From Vicinamibacterales bacterium (GTDB lineage: Bacteria; Acidobacteriota; Vicinamibacteria; Vicinamibacterales; UBA2999): a stretch of DNA of 64,000 bases. Of this stretch, positions 46,344 to 55,564 are shown piece by piece. Positions within the stretch are counted from its first letter, which is position 1, and the number at the start of each line of letters is the position of its first letter. The DNA lies in assembly GCA_036802945.1 (NCBI GenBank), contig DAIRVG010000013.1, positions 634 to 64,633 on the forward strand, written 5' to 3'. The notes beneath the pieces were generated by a model. It did not search any database. It was not told the DNA's origin and saw only the letters and a list, made by a program, of their open reading frames with translations. A program made the position numbers and the translations under genes.

Positions 46344-47189
46344 ATGAATGAATCTGAAATTCAAAGCTTCTGGAATCAATATCCCTGTGGAGATTTGGAG
46401 GTTGGTGGTCTCCAACAACGCCGTGGGGATTACGAGGCGTTCTTTACCGATTACGACGGTTTCCGATACCGCAAAGAAGCCCATATCCTACGGTGCCTCG
46501 ACCGCATTGACTTCAACGAAAAGCAAGTTCTTGAAATCGGATTGGGACAGGGGGCTGATTCAGAGCAACTCATAAGGCGCGGCGCTATTTGGTCCGGCCT
46601 TGACCTTACCTCCGAGTCCGTCGCCCGAGTACGAACACGCCTCTCCCTGCGCAAACTACCTCACCAATCTGTCAAAGAAGGAAGCGTCCTTTCGATTCCT
46701 TATGACGACAATAGCTTCGATATTGTGTTCAGTCACGGTGTTCTGCACCATGTTCCTGATATTTTAGCGGCTCAACGGGAGATCCATCGTGTCTTGAAGC
46801 CAACCGGAGAATTGATTGTCATGCTGTATGCGCGCCGATCATTGAACTATGTGCTCTCAATCGGTGTCGCGCGGCGACTTGGTCTAGTCGCGCTTTATCT
46901 GATGAACCGCGCTCCGGCTGGTATTCTTGGACAGCATCTCGAGAACGCACATGCCGTTGGGCTGTGGCAGTACATCCAAATGGGACATTTCATTCACAAG
47001 AACACCGACGGACCGCTAAACCCCTACTCGAAGGTCTATGACTTGCCTGCGGTTAGAAAAGACTTTCCAAGTTTCGATGTCGTTCGGGTCTATAAACAGT
47101 TCATGCACGCACCGCCACTTCCCGTCAGTTGCCTACCCTTTGAGCGTTGGCTTGGATGGCACTTGTGGGTACACATGCAGCCCACTTAA
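46344..47189 (+). CDS. Class I SAM-dependent methyltransferase
   Basis: Motif I is VLEIGLGQGAD, followed by GLDLTSESV, SFDIVFSHGVLHHVPD and LKPTGELIVMLY. Confidence 0.85.
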   Translation: MNESEIQSFWNQYPCGDLEVGGLQQRRGDYEAFFTDYDGFRYRKEAHILRCLDRIDFNEKQVLEIGLGQGADSEQLIRRGAIWSGLDLTSESVARVRTRLSLRKLPHQSVKEGSVLSIPYDDNSFDIVFSHGVLHHVPDILAAQREIHRVLKPTGELIVMLYARRSLNYVLSIGVARRLGLVALYLMNRAPAGILGQHLENAHAVGLWQYIQMGHFIHKNTDGPLNPYSKVYDLPAVRKDFPSFDVVRVYKQFMHAPPLPVSCLPFERWLGWHLWVHMQPT

Positions 47190-47257
47190 AGCAAAGTGAG
47201 AATCTGCGCCGCTGTTTCTCGATCATCACTGACGCGGATCTCAGCTAGGTCAAGGTC

Positions 47258-49198
47258 ATGTGCGGAATCGCAGGATTCGTTGGAGGTGGCACGGTAGCGC
47301 GTCTTCAGGAGATGTGCGGCACGCTCCGTCATCGCGGCCCGGACGACGAGGGTTTCTACGTTCGTCCAGGTGTCGGTCTGTCCATGCGGCGACTGTCTGT
47401 TATCGACCTGCTCACGGGCCGACAGCCGATTGCGAACGAAGCCGGTGACGTCTGGGTTGTGTTCAACGGTGAGATCTATAACTACCAGGAGCTGCGGGCC
47501 GACCTAGCAAAAAGGGGCCACACGTTTCGTACCGCTTCGGACACTGAAACAATCGTCCACCTCTACGAGGACTACGGCGACGATTGCCTTCAACACATGC
47601 GGGGCATGTTCGCGTTTGCCCTCTGGGACGAGCGCCGACAGCGCCTGTTGATCGCACGCGACCGTATCGGGGAAAAACCGCTGTTCTACGCACAGACCGG
47701 CAACGGCCTCTTCTTCGGATCGGAGATCAAAGCGATCTTGCCTGCATGCGGCAAGCGCAGTGTTGACCCGCAGGCGGTTTGCGACTACCTCGCTGCCGGT
47801 TACGTGCCTGGCAGTCGGACGTTCTACCAGGGGATCGCCAAGTTGCCCCCTGGTCATCTCCTGGTTCACGAACGCGGGCAGCTGACAGTCTCCCGCTATT
47901 GGAGTGCGACGCCGCGCGCGACGGGCCCGGCTCAGTCGTTGTCGGAAGCGAGCGACGAGCTTGCTGGTCGGCTTGAGGAAGTCGTACGCCTTTGTCTGAA
48001 GAGTGACGTCGAGGTCGGAGCTTTTCTCAGCGGCGGCGTTGACTCCTCCGTACTCGTAGCCCTGATGCGTCGGCAAGCTGTCAATGTCAAGACATTCTCG
48101 GTCGGGTACCGCGGCGTGGCGGCGGGCTTTAACGAGTTCCGCTACGCGCGCCGGGTTGCAGATCTCGTAGGAACGGAACACCGCGAGCTCGTGCTCGACG
48201 GACGCTCCAGCATGGAGCTGCTGCCTCGCATTCTGTCGCACTACGACGAGCCCCATGGCGAACCTACTTCGATCCTAGTCTACCTTCTCTCGGAGTTCAC
48301 GCAACGCCACGTGAAGGTGGCCGTCGGTGGCACCGGTGGCGACGAAATCTTCTTCGGTTATCCCCGACACTTGGGAATCCGGTTGCTCGAGTGGTACCGT
48401 CGCGTCCCGCGCATCGTCCGTGTAGGGGTCGTCGAGCGCGTCATCCATCGCTGGCCGGAGTCGACAACGGGCAGCCGATTCGCAAAGCGGGCCAGGCGCT
48501 TTATCGACGGCAGCCGAGGCTCATCGGCCGAGGCATATCTGTCGTGGGTGAGTCTCCTACATGCCGACATTCGCGATGCGGTGTTGTCGAATCAAGTGAA
48601 GGCCAACGTTGAGGACGCTTCTGGCGAGCTATTCCTTCGACAGCACCTCCTCGGTGGATCTGGCGCGTCCGTTCTGGACCGTGCGGCCGGACTCGATATC
48701 GAAGGCTATTTACCAGAATATCAGCTGACCTACGTCGACCGCATGAGCATGGCGCACGGACTCGAAGTCAGATCCCCGCTCTGTGACTACCAGTTGGTCG
48801 ATTTCGTCCGCTCGCTCCCGGTCGACTACAGACTCCACAAGATGACGAATAAGTACATCTTCAAGGAGGTTGCGCGCCGGTGGCTGCCGTCCGATATCGT
48901 AGATAGGCGAAAGGTCGGGTTCGACTCCCCCATTGGGCAGTGGTTCAAGGAGGACCTGAAGCCGTTCATCCGAGGCTTTCTTTCGCCTGAGCAGCTTCGC
49001 AGTTCGAAGCTGCTGGACCCGCAGGCCGTGCAGGTTCTGATCGAGACGCACCTCTCGGGTGAGCGCGACTACTCGCTCCAGTTGTGGAGCCTGCTGGCAC
49101 TCGAGGGCTGGTACCGAATGTACATCGAAGACGGCGTGGCGAACGGCGCTGACTACGCGATTACCGATTTCCGCGGGGTGGAATCCGCGACCGCCTGA
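47258..49198 (+). CDS. asnB: Asparagine synthase (glutamine-hydrolysing) family amidotransferase (exosortase-system-associated type)
   Basis: The N-terminal MCGIAG provides the nucleophilic Cys2. Also present are RGPDDEG, NGEIYNY, and the PP-loop SGGVDSS. Confidence 0.95.
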   Translation: MCGIAGFVGGGTVARLQEMCGTLRHRGPDDEGFYVRPGVGLSMRRLSVIDLLTGRQPIANEAGDVWVVFNGEIYNYQELRADLAKRGHTFRTASDTETIVHLYEDYGDDCLQHMRGMFAFALWDERRQRLLIARDRIGEKPLFYAQTGNGLFFGSEIKAILPACGKRSVDPQAVCDYLAAGYVPGSRTFYQGIAKLPPGHLLVHERGQLTVSRYWSATPRATGPAQSLSEASDELAGRLEEVVRLCLKSDVEVGAFLSGGVDSSVLVALMRRQAVNVKTFSVGYRGVAAGFNEFRYARRVADLVGTEHRELVLDGRSSMELLPRILSHYDEPHGEPTSILVYLLSEFTQRHVKVAVGGTGGDEIFFGYPRHLGIRLLEWYRRVPRIVRVGVVERVIHRWPESTTGSRFAKRARRFIDGSRGSSAEAYLSWVSLLHADIRDAVLSNQVKANVEDASGELFLRQHLLGGSGASVLDRAAGLDIEGYLPEYQLTYVDRMSMAHGLEVRSPLCDYQLVDFVRSLPVDYRLHKMTNKYIFKEVARRWLPSDIVDRRKVGFDSPIGQWFKEDLKPFIRGFLSPEQLRSSKLLDPQAVQVLIETHLSGERDYSLQLWSLLALEGWYRMYIEDGVANGADYAITDFRGVESATA

Positions 49199-49210
49199 CG
49201 TGGGCGGTCG
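49188..49210. terminator. Possible hairpin terminator between convergent asnB and the YdjM-TPR gene
   Basis: CGACCGCC-tgacgtg-GGCGGTCG forms an 8-bp GC-rich stem. The loop contains the asnB TGA. There is no U-tract. Confidence 0.3.
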
Positions 49211-49234
49211 ATCCCCGAGGTCCGCGACGAGGAG

Positions 49235-50209
49235 TCAATGGACTCTCGAGGCGGCTCGCTCGACGCGATCCAGCACGGCATGAAAGGACCGGTTCCCGGA
49301 GAAGCGACGGCGGAGTTCTTCTACGTACGGCGCGGAGCGCTGCCGGCGCTCGGCGGCGGTCCCGTGCGAGGCGTAGTACTCGGCAAGATCCGCCACAGCC
49401 CAAAAGTTCTCCGGATCGCTCTGATAGGCGCGCAGGTAAAACATCTCCGCGCGCGCATTGTCGCCGAGTCCCTCATAGGCTTCGCCCCGAACGATATCCG
49501 CTCGGCCAGGATTGGCCGGTGACGGCCAGCGATCTGCTGCGTCCGCGGCCGTCAGCGCCTCGGCGAACTGTCCCGAACGCAGCAGCCGCTCGGCGAGGTT
49601 CATCTGACGTCGGCGGTCACCGCGCACACGCTGGACCGCGACGGCTGACAGCAGCAGCATGATCACGAGTCCTCGTCCGGCCCAGATCAACCCCGAAGAA
49701 GGGCGTCGCCCGCTTCGCGCAGTCGAACGCCGCCGGAGATACCGCCATCCTTCATAGAGCGCGTACGGCAGGCCGAATATCATCAGCTCACCCGACAGCC
49801 GATTCGGGAGAGCCAGCAAGCCGGAGCCGATGACGCGCTCCGTGATCGGCCAGAACGGCGCCCGGTCGGTGTCCTGCAACAAATCGAGCAGGTCGTGGAA
49901 CAGGATCGATCCGACCGCGAGCGCGGACAGCAGCCGCGGCGATCCTCCGCTCAATCGAGCCCAGACGATTCCAATGAGGAGTCCTGCCAGCAGGCCGAGG
50001 GGTACCGAGTGGCCGGCAAGTTTGGCCGATCCGTACCCTATCCAGAGTCCGACCTGCGTCACAACGTCGGGCAAGTACGCCAGTCCCACCAGCGCGGGCA
50101 CCCATAGCGCGCGCGCCAGAGGACGCAACGGCTGTCGGTTCCGTAGGCCGCCTGGCTCGAACTCGTGCGCGGTGATAATTCCAACGAACGCGTGGCCAAT
50201 GACTGGCAT
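49235..50209 (-). CDS. Membrane-bound metal-dependent hydrolase (YdjM/DUF457-like) fused to a C-terminal TPR region
   Basis: The N-terminus MPVIGHAFVG, several TM segments and His/Asp-rich loops (GHSVPLG, LFHDLLDLLQDTD) fit DUF457. The C-terminus has TPR-like GEAYEGLGDNARAEMFYLRAYQSDPENFWAVADLAEYY. Confidence 0.7.
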   Translation of the reverse strand: MPVIGHAFVGIITAHEFEPGGLRNRQPLRPLARALWVPALVGLAYLPDVVTQVGLWIGYGSAKLAGHSVPLGLLAGLLIGIVWARLSGGSPRLLSALAVGSILFHDLLDLLQDTDRAPFWPITERVIGSGLLALPNRLSGELMIFGLPYALYEGWRYLRRRSTARSGRRPSSGLIWAGRGLVIMLLLSAVAVQRVRGDRRRQMNLAERLLRSGQFAEALTAADAADRWPSPANPGRADIVRGEAYEGLGDNARAEMFYLRAYQSDPENFWAVADLAEYYASHGTAAERRQRSAPYVEELRRRFSGNRSFHAVLDRVERAASRVH

Positions 50210-50325
50210 TGTCTCGATCTAGATTATGAGGGGTTTGGCTCAACTCGATGTAATGATCGCTGGCCTCCAATCGTGGTCCGTGGCACTAGGCAGCCGCTCG
50301 TAGTTTCATCGTCCTCCCGGGTTAA

Positions 50326-51267
50326 TTGCCGAATGTAATGGAATCCAAAGACGACGCAGCTCTGGCAAGTCGAGGTGTCGGACCGCGCACCATGGCGTGG
50401 GTCGCGAGCGAGAACTTGCCACGTCCGGAACGGCGTCGGATCGGTGCGTGTGTTGGCTGGGTCGTTGTCGCCACGCTGGCCTTCATTCAGCCGCTGACCA
50501 GACTGATGCTGCATGCCGCCCAGAGCGAGCTGTATTCCTACATCCCGCTGGTGCCGTGCGTGTCTATTTACCTGCTGTACATCCAGCGACGGACGCTTGT
50601 GGCTGCTTATCGCCCCTCGATCGGCGGCGCGACCATCCTGGGTGGTATCGGCGTGGCAGCGCTCGCCGCGGGGATCGAGCTGCGCGGGAGCCTGAGCGTT
50701 AACGACAACCTCGCGCTGATGGCACTTGCCTATCTGAGCATCGTCGCCGCCGGTGGGTTCTTGCTTCTTGGCTCGAAATGGATGGCCGCCGCGGCTTTTC
50801 CTGTCGCGTTCCTGATTTTCATGGTTCCGCTGCCGGATGCTGCGGTGAAGTGGCTGGAAAACGCTCTCGTTCTGGCTTCGGCGGACGTTGCTGCACTGTT
50901 GTTTGAGATGACGCGGACTCCCCTCCTACGCGACGGAACGTTCTTCCAACTGCCTGGGATCGTCCTGAGAGTCGCCGAGGAGTGCAGCGGGATCCACTCC
51001 AGTTGGGTACTCTTCATCACCAGTCTAGTGGCCTCCCATCTCTTTCTCAAGAGCCCGCGGCAACGGGTCGTCCTGGTAGCCTTCGTGATTCCGCTGGGGA
51101 TTATCCGGAACGGATTCCGGATTCTGGTAATCGGACTGCTCTGCGTGCATGTCGGGCCGCACATGATCGACAGCGTTATTCATCGCCGCGGCGGCCCGTT
51201 GTTCTTCGCGCTGTCGTTGGGACCGTTGTTCCTCTTGTTGGCCTGGTTGAGACGTCAGGAGCGGTGA
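50326..51267 (+). CDS. Exosortase (EpsH/Xrt family transpeptidase), no EpsI domain
   Basis: Multi-TM protein with the exosortase catalytic signature: VAEECSGIHS (Cys), IIRNGFRI (Arg) and VIHRRGGPLFF (His). Alternative starts are at ATG 50338 or 50392. Confidence 0.9.
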   Translation: MPNVMESKDDAALASRGVGPRTMAWVASENLPRPERRRIGACVGWVVVATLAFIQPLTRLMLHAAQSELYSYIPLVPCVSIYLLYIQRRTLVAAYRPSIGGATILGGIGVAALAAGIELRGSLSVNDNLALMALAYLSIVAAGGFLLLGSKWMAAAAFPVAFLIFMVPLPDAAVKWLENALVLASADVAALLFEMTRTPLLRDGTFFQLPGIVLRVAEECSGIHSSWVLFITSLVASHLFLKSPRQRVVLVAFVIPLGIIRNGFRILVIGLLCVHVGPHMIDSVIHRRGGPLFFALSLGPLFLLLAWLRRQER

Positions 51268-53375
51268 CGCTTTTCTCCTTTCTTCCGTTCGTCGCCGGGT
51301 TCTCCAGCCTCGCTCTGGCTGGTGTGAGCCTGCTTCGCAAGAAGCCGTCCCTCGCTACGTGGTGCTTCTTCGCCGGTATGGCGGCACTCGGCATCGACAG
51401 CCTATTAATGGGACTCGGCCTCCGCGCCACTCAACTCGAAGAACTCGTCTACTGGCTGAAGGCTGCATTCATCGTCAAGTCGGTCGTGCCAGTTATCTGG
51501 CTGTGCTTCAGCCTGACGTATTCCCGTACGAATTACCGTGAGTTTCTGAGGCGCTGGAGAATCCCGCTGGCCGTCGTCGGTCTGCTGCCCGTCGGTTTGT
51601 CGCTTGGCTTCCGCGATCAATTGTTTCGGTTGGCGCCGGAAAGCACGGTTGGCGATGTCTGGCGGCTGCAGTTTGGTGTAATGGCCAACGCGTTGAACGC
51701 TGTCCTCCTCATCTCGCTCGTCCTGATCCTGATGAACCTGGAACAGACCTTTCGCTCGGCCGTCGGAACGATGCGCTGGCGGATCAAGTTCGTGGTGCTC
51801 GCCCTGGTCGTGATCTTCGGTACCCGTCTTTACGTAAGGAGCCAGGCAATCCTCTTCTCCGAGCCTGACGTGGCCCTCTGGGGGGTCGAGTCTGGAGCGC
51901 TCCTAATCGGGTGCTTATTCCTGGCGCTCGCCTACGCACGAACGGGATGGGCTGAGATCGCCGTGTATCCTTCGTCGGCGGTCCTTCGGTCGTCGCTGAC
52001 GGTGCTTATCGTCGGCGCGTACCTTTTCATCGTCGGTGTGCTGGCGCAAGTGGTGAGGCGCTTTGGCGGAGCTGAGTATTTCCAGTTCCAGGCCTTTGTC
52101 GTGCTTCTGGGAATGGCCGGCCTGGCCGTGCTGCTTCTTTCCGACCGCGCCCGGCAGAGGATTCATGCGTTCGTCGTCCGCCATTTCAGAAAGGCCCAGC
52201 ACGATTCGGTTCGGATCTGGGGTCTATTTTCGCGGCGGTTTGCCAGCGTGACCGATCAGGCCGGCCTGTGCGCGGCGTCCGCGAAACTGATCTCCGAGAC
52301 CTTCGACGTGTTATCGGTCACTGTTTGGCTGCTCGACGATGAAACGGGGCGGCTCATCGTTGGAGCCTCGACCTCACGACAACAAGGCGAGTCCGGCGCC
52401 ACTAATCCGTCGGACACCGCCTCACACGCAGTCACTGCAGCGCTGCGGGTAAGGTCTTTGCCATTTGATCTGGAGGATGTGAACGAGACGTGGGCGGAGG
52501 AATTGCGGCAACTCAATTCGACCGCGTTCCCGAACGGCGGCAATCGCCTGTGCGTTCCATTGCGCGCCGGAGAAGAGTGCCTGGGCGTCCTCCTGCTGGC
52601 CGATCGCATCAATGGGGCGATCTACACGGTCGAGGAATTAGAACTGCTGAAATGCATCGGCGATCAGATAACCTCGGTTCTGTTAAATCTCCGACTTGCA
52701 AGTGACGTTGCCCACGCCAAAGAGCTCGAGGCGTTCCGGACGATGTCCGCGTTCTTCGTGCACGACCTGAAAAATGCGGCCGCATCGCTCAATCTGATGC
52801 TGAGAAATCTCCCCGTGCATTTTGATGACCCCGCGTTTCGGGAGGACGCCTTGCGCGGCATCGGCAATACCGCCCAGCGAATCGATGACATGATCGCCCG
52901 TTTGAGCGCCCTTCGTCAGCGGCCCGACTCCGTTCGCGTCGAAGCCGATTTGAATCAACTTGTGAGTGACGCCCTCGATAGAGTCAACGAGATGCCGAAC
53001 GTCGAAGTGACGAGGGAGCTTCAGCCGCTGCCCAGTATTCTCGCTGACCGCGAACAGATCCAAAACGTGGTGACGAACCTCGTGCTCAACGCGCGAGACG
53101 CGTTGGGCTCGGAAGGCCGGATTCAGGTACGGACGGAGCATCGGGCAGGGTTCGTCGTTCTGTCCGTCGTGGACAACGGTTGCGGCATGAGCCCGGCGTT
53201 CCTCAAAGAGTCGTTGTTTCGTCCGTTTCAGAGCACAAAGAAGAAGGGGCTGGGGATCGGTCTGTTTCAGTCCCGCGCGATCGTCCAGGCACATGGCGGC
53301 GGGATACACGTCGAAAGCGAAGTCGGCAAAGGCACGACGTTTCTCGCGAGCTTTCCGGTCAACGACGAGAAGTGA
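51264..53375 (+). CDS. prsK: PEP-CTERM-system sensor histidine kinase
   Basis: A multi-TM N-terminal domain, a GAF-like segment (ETFDVLSVTVWLLDDETGRL), the HisKA motif FVHDLKNAAASL, and HATPase motifs NLVLNARDA, DNGCGM and GLGIGL. The GTG at 51264 overlaps the exosortase TGA (GTGA). The ORF-track start at 50982 lies inside the exosortase gene. Confidence 0.9.
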   Translation: MTLFSFLPFVAGFSSLALAGVSLLRKKPSLATWCFFAGMAALGIDSLLMGLGLRATQLEELVYWLKAAFIVKSVVPVIWLCFSLTYSRTNYREFLRRWRIPLAVVGLLPVGLSLGFRDQLFRLAPESTVGDVWRLQFGVMANALNAVLLISLVLILMNLEQTFRSAVGTMRWRIKFVVLALVVIFGTRLYVRSQAILFSEPDVALWGVESGALLIGCLFLALAYARTGWAEIAVYPSSAVLRSSLTVLIVGAYLFIVGVLAQVVRRFGGAEYFQFQAFVVLLGMAGLAVLLLSDRARQRIHAFVVRHFRKAQHDSVRIWGLFSRRFASVTDQAGLCAASAKLISETFDVLSVTVWLLDDETGRLIVGASTSRQQGESGATNPSDTASHAVTAALRVRSLPFDLEDVNETWAEELRQLNSTAFPNGGNRLCVPLRAGEECLGVLLLADRINGAIYTVEELELLKCIGDQITSVLLNLRLASDVAHAKELEAFRTMSAFFVHDLKNAAASLNLMLRNLPVHFDDPAFREDALRGIGNTAQRIDDMIARLSALRQRPDSVRVEADLNQLVSDALDRVNEMPNVEVTRELQPLPSILADREQIQNVVTNLVLNARDALGSEGRIQVRTEHRAGFVVLSVVDNGCGMSPAFLKESLFRPFQSTKKKGLGIGLFQSRAIVQAHGGGIHVESEVGKGTTFLASFPVNDEK

Positions 53376-54727
53376 CGAAACCGACGCTGCTCATCGTCGA
53401 GGACGACGAGGACATCCGCACGCAGATGAAGTGGGCGCTCGCGTCGAATTACGAGATCGTCATGGCCGAGGACCGGCCCGGAGCGGTGGCTGCGTTCACG
53501 GCCAAACACCCCTCGGTGACGCTACTTGATCTGGGACTCCCGCCTCGCCCCAACGAGCCCGAGGAGGGTTTGGCGGCGCTCTCGTCTCTCCTCGCTTTAG
53601 ATCCGCTGGCCAAGGTGATCATTGTTTCGGGTCAGGGTGACAAGCAGAACGCCCTTCGCGCGGTCGGGGCGGGTGCGTATGATTTCTTGTGCAAGCCCGT
53701 CGACATGGAGGAGCTCAGGCTCGTGCTGCAGCGTTCGGTTTATGTGGCCGAGCTCGAGCAGGAATATCGAGCCATGCAGCAAGGGCAGCGGGCCGAAGTC
53801 TTCCAAGACATGCTGGGCGCGAGTCCACAAATGCAGGCCGTCTTCTCGTTCATCCGCAAGGTAGCCCAGACCAACGTGCCAGTCTTGATTCTCGGCGAAA
53901 GCGGCACCGGCAAGGAGATGGTGGCGCAGGCGCTTCATCGCTGCAGTCCACATAAGGGCGGCCCATTTGTCGCCATCAATTGCAACACGATCCCTGAGAA
54001 CCTGCTCGAGAGCGAGCTCTTCGGCCATGAAAAGGGCTCCTTCACTGGCGCCCATGCGCAGCGCAAGGGTCACATCGAATCGGCCGCGGGAGGCACGCTC
54101 TTCCTCGACGAGATTGGGGAACTGCCGGCGTCGGTGCAGGTAAAGCTTCTGCGCTTTCTGCAGGAGAAGCGCTTTCAGCGAGTAGGAGGCCGGCAGGAGA
54201 TTCACAGTGATGCGCGCGTGATCGCGGCCACGAACCTGAATCTACAGGGGTCGGTCACGAGCGGGACGTTTCGCGAGGACCTGTACTTTCGTCTAGCCGT
54301 GGTCATCATCAAAGTGCCGCCCCTGCGGGAACGGAAAGACGATGTCGGTCTACTGGCGAAGGAATTCTTGCACCGCTATAGCATCCAGCATGGCAAAGCG
54401 AGGTTGACCTTTGCGCCCGACGCGCTACGGGGCCTCCATCTTCATCAGTGGCCCGGAAACGTCCGCGAGCTGCAGAATCGGGTGCAGCGGGCGGTCATCA
54501 TGGCGGATGGCAAACGCGTCACGGCCAGTGACCTGGAATTGACTGATGCCGTGAACGGATTGCCGCCTCAGACCTTGAAGGAAGCTCGGGAAGGCGCGGA
54601 ACGGGAAATCGTCCGTGACGCCCTTAGGCGTCACCGAGGACAGATCACTTCCGCCGCAGCGGAACTCGGCATCAGCCGTCCAACGCTTTACGAATTGATG
54701 GAAAAGCTTGGAATCGCCAGGGAGTGA
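53372..54727 (+). CDS. prsR: Sigma-54-dependent response regulator (NtrC/AtoC type; PEP-CTERM-box regulator)
   Basis: The receiver domain begins [11 protein letters not shown]. The AAA+ sigma-54 interaction domain carries GESGTGKE, the GAFTGA-type [15 protein letters not shown] and RFQRVGG. A C-terminal Fis-type HTH follows. The GTG at 53372 overlaps the prsK TGA (GTGA). Confidence 0.92.
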   Translation: MTKPTLLIVEDDEDIRTQMKWALASNYEIVMAEDRPGAVAAFTAKHPSVTLLDLGLPPRPNEPEEGLAALSSLLALDPLAKVIIVSGQGDKQNALRAVGAGAYDFLCKPVDMEELRLVLQRSVYVAELEQEYRAMQQGQRAEVFQDMLGASPQMQAVFSFIRKVAQTNVPVLILGESGTGKEMVAQALHRCSPHKGGPFVAINCNTIPENLLESELFGHEKGSFTGAHAQRKGHIESAAGGTLFLDEIGELPASVQVKLLRFLQEKRFQRVGGRQEIHSDARVIAATNLNLQGSVTSGTFREDLYFRLAVVIIKVPPLRERKDDVGLLAKEFLHRYSIQHGKARLTFAPDALRGLHLHQWPGNVRELQNRVQRAVIMADGKRVTASDLELTDAVNGLPPQTLKEAREGAEREIVRDALRRHRGQITSAAAELGISRPTLYELMEKLGIARE

Positions 54728-54746
54728 TTGCGATGAGCCAAAAAGG

Positions 54747-54779
54747 AAAGGGCGCGAGGCATCTTGCCTTGCGCCCTTT
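54747..54779. terminator. Bidirectional intrinsic terminator between convergent prsR and the cargo gene
   Basis: AAAGGGCGCGAGGCA-tct-TGCCTTGCGCCCTTT forms a 15-bp stem (one G-U pair) with a 3-nt loop. The A-run and T-run give a U-tract on both strands. Confidence 0.7.
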
Positions 54780-54798
54780 GAGAGAATCCCGAAACCGC

Positions 54799-55374
54799 CT
54801 AGCTTTTGCTGAATTTCCGGCGCAACATGCCGAAGGAAAAGAGGACTGAACCCAGTAAAGCAGCCGTCGATCCACCGTCGGGAACCGGGACTAAAATATT
54901 CCCCTTAGCCACAGACGGTCCGCCGTCGATCGTTCCGGGCGTCGCCAGAAGATGGTCCCTCGAGACCCAATCGTCTGAGACGGTCGCCATGGATGAGGTC
55001 CGCACGGTAAACGGTGCGAAGATCATTAAGCCAGGCACCTCGACGCTCAACCCTCCGTAAGTAAAGTGGACGTTTCGGACAGCGGTATGGTCAGTTCCCA
55101 AGGGGGTCCCGAACGGAGAACCCACTAGAGATGTGCTCGCGGTCCAATCGACGGGCATGGCCAGAACTCCCAGGAACCCGCCGAAGTCAAAGATGGTAAA
55201 GCCATCACCCGTGTGGAGTTCGCCGCTCGTCATAAAAGTGGTGTAGCTCATGGAGACGCCGGGAGCGAACACCCCGTTAGTCGGGGTAATAGTGTTCGCA
55301 CGAGCTGAGGTCGAGGCAAGCGCCACCAGCGCAACGGCCAATAGTACCGATCTCCGGATACCTTTCATAGTCAT
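54799..55374 (-). CDS. PEP-CTERM-type exosortase cargo protein (VPDGG variant)
   Basis: Signal peptide (LLAVALVALASTSARA). The C-terminus is VPDGGSTAALLGSVLFSFGMLRRKFSKS, that is motif + TM helix + basic tail. Confidence 0.85.
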   Translation of the reverse strand: MTMKGIRRSVLLAVALVALASTSARANTITPTNGVFAPGVSMSYTTFMTSGELHTGDGFTIFDFGGFLGVLAMPVDWTASTSLVGSPFGTPLGTDHTAVRNVHFTYGGLSVEVPGLMIFAPFTVRTSSMATVSDDWVSRDHLLATPGTIDGGPSVAKGNILVPVPDGGSTAALLGSVLFSFGMLRRKFSKS

Positions 55375-55433
55375 CCCCTGCTACGCACTAGTTCTGCCAA
55401 AGCTGACACGTCCAACTCGCCTGACCAGGGCTG

Positions 55434-55449
55434 AGCATCCAACGTGCCA
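55434..55449 (-). promoter_or_regulatory. Sigma-54 (-24/-12) promoter of the PEP-CTERM cargo gene 54799..55374
   Basis: The minus strand reads TGGCACGTTGGATGCT. It has a perfect TGGCAC, GG-N10-GC spacing and a -12 ATGC. The GC lies 61 nt upstream of the ATG at 55374. Confidence 0.65.
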
Positions 55450-55564
55450 ATTTGTTCTAAAATATTGATTCACCGCAAACGACAGTCTTAAAGCAGCTTA
55501 GACCTGTATCGGCCCGCCGCCATTTCACGCGTTCCCGTTGATTTCGTAAGAATTTCCGACGGCT

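Noticed and set aside
50281-50296. TGGCAC upstream of the exosortase gene as a sigma-54 promoter
   Set aside because: TGGCACTAGGCAGCCG has GG-N9-GC spacing. The one-base-short spacer is not tolerated by sigma-54, and the -12 region is not TTGC-like.
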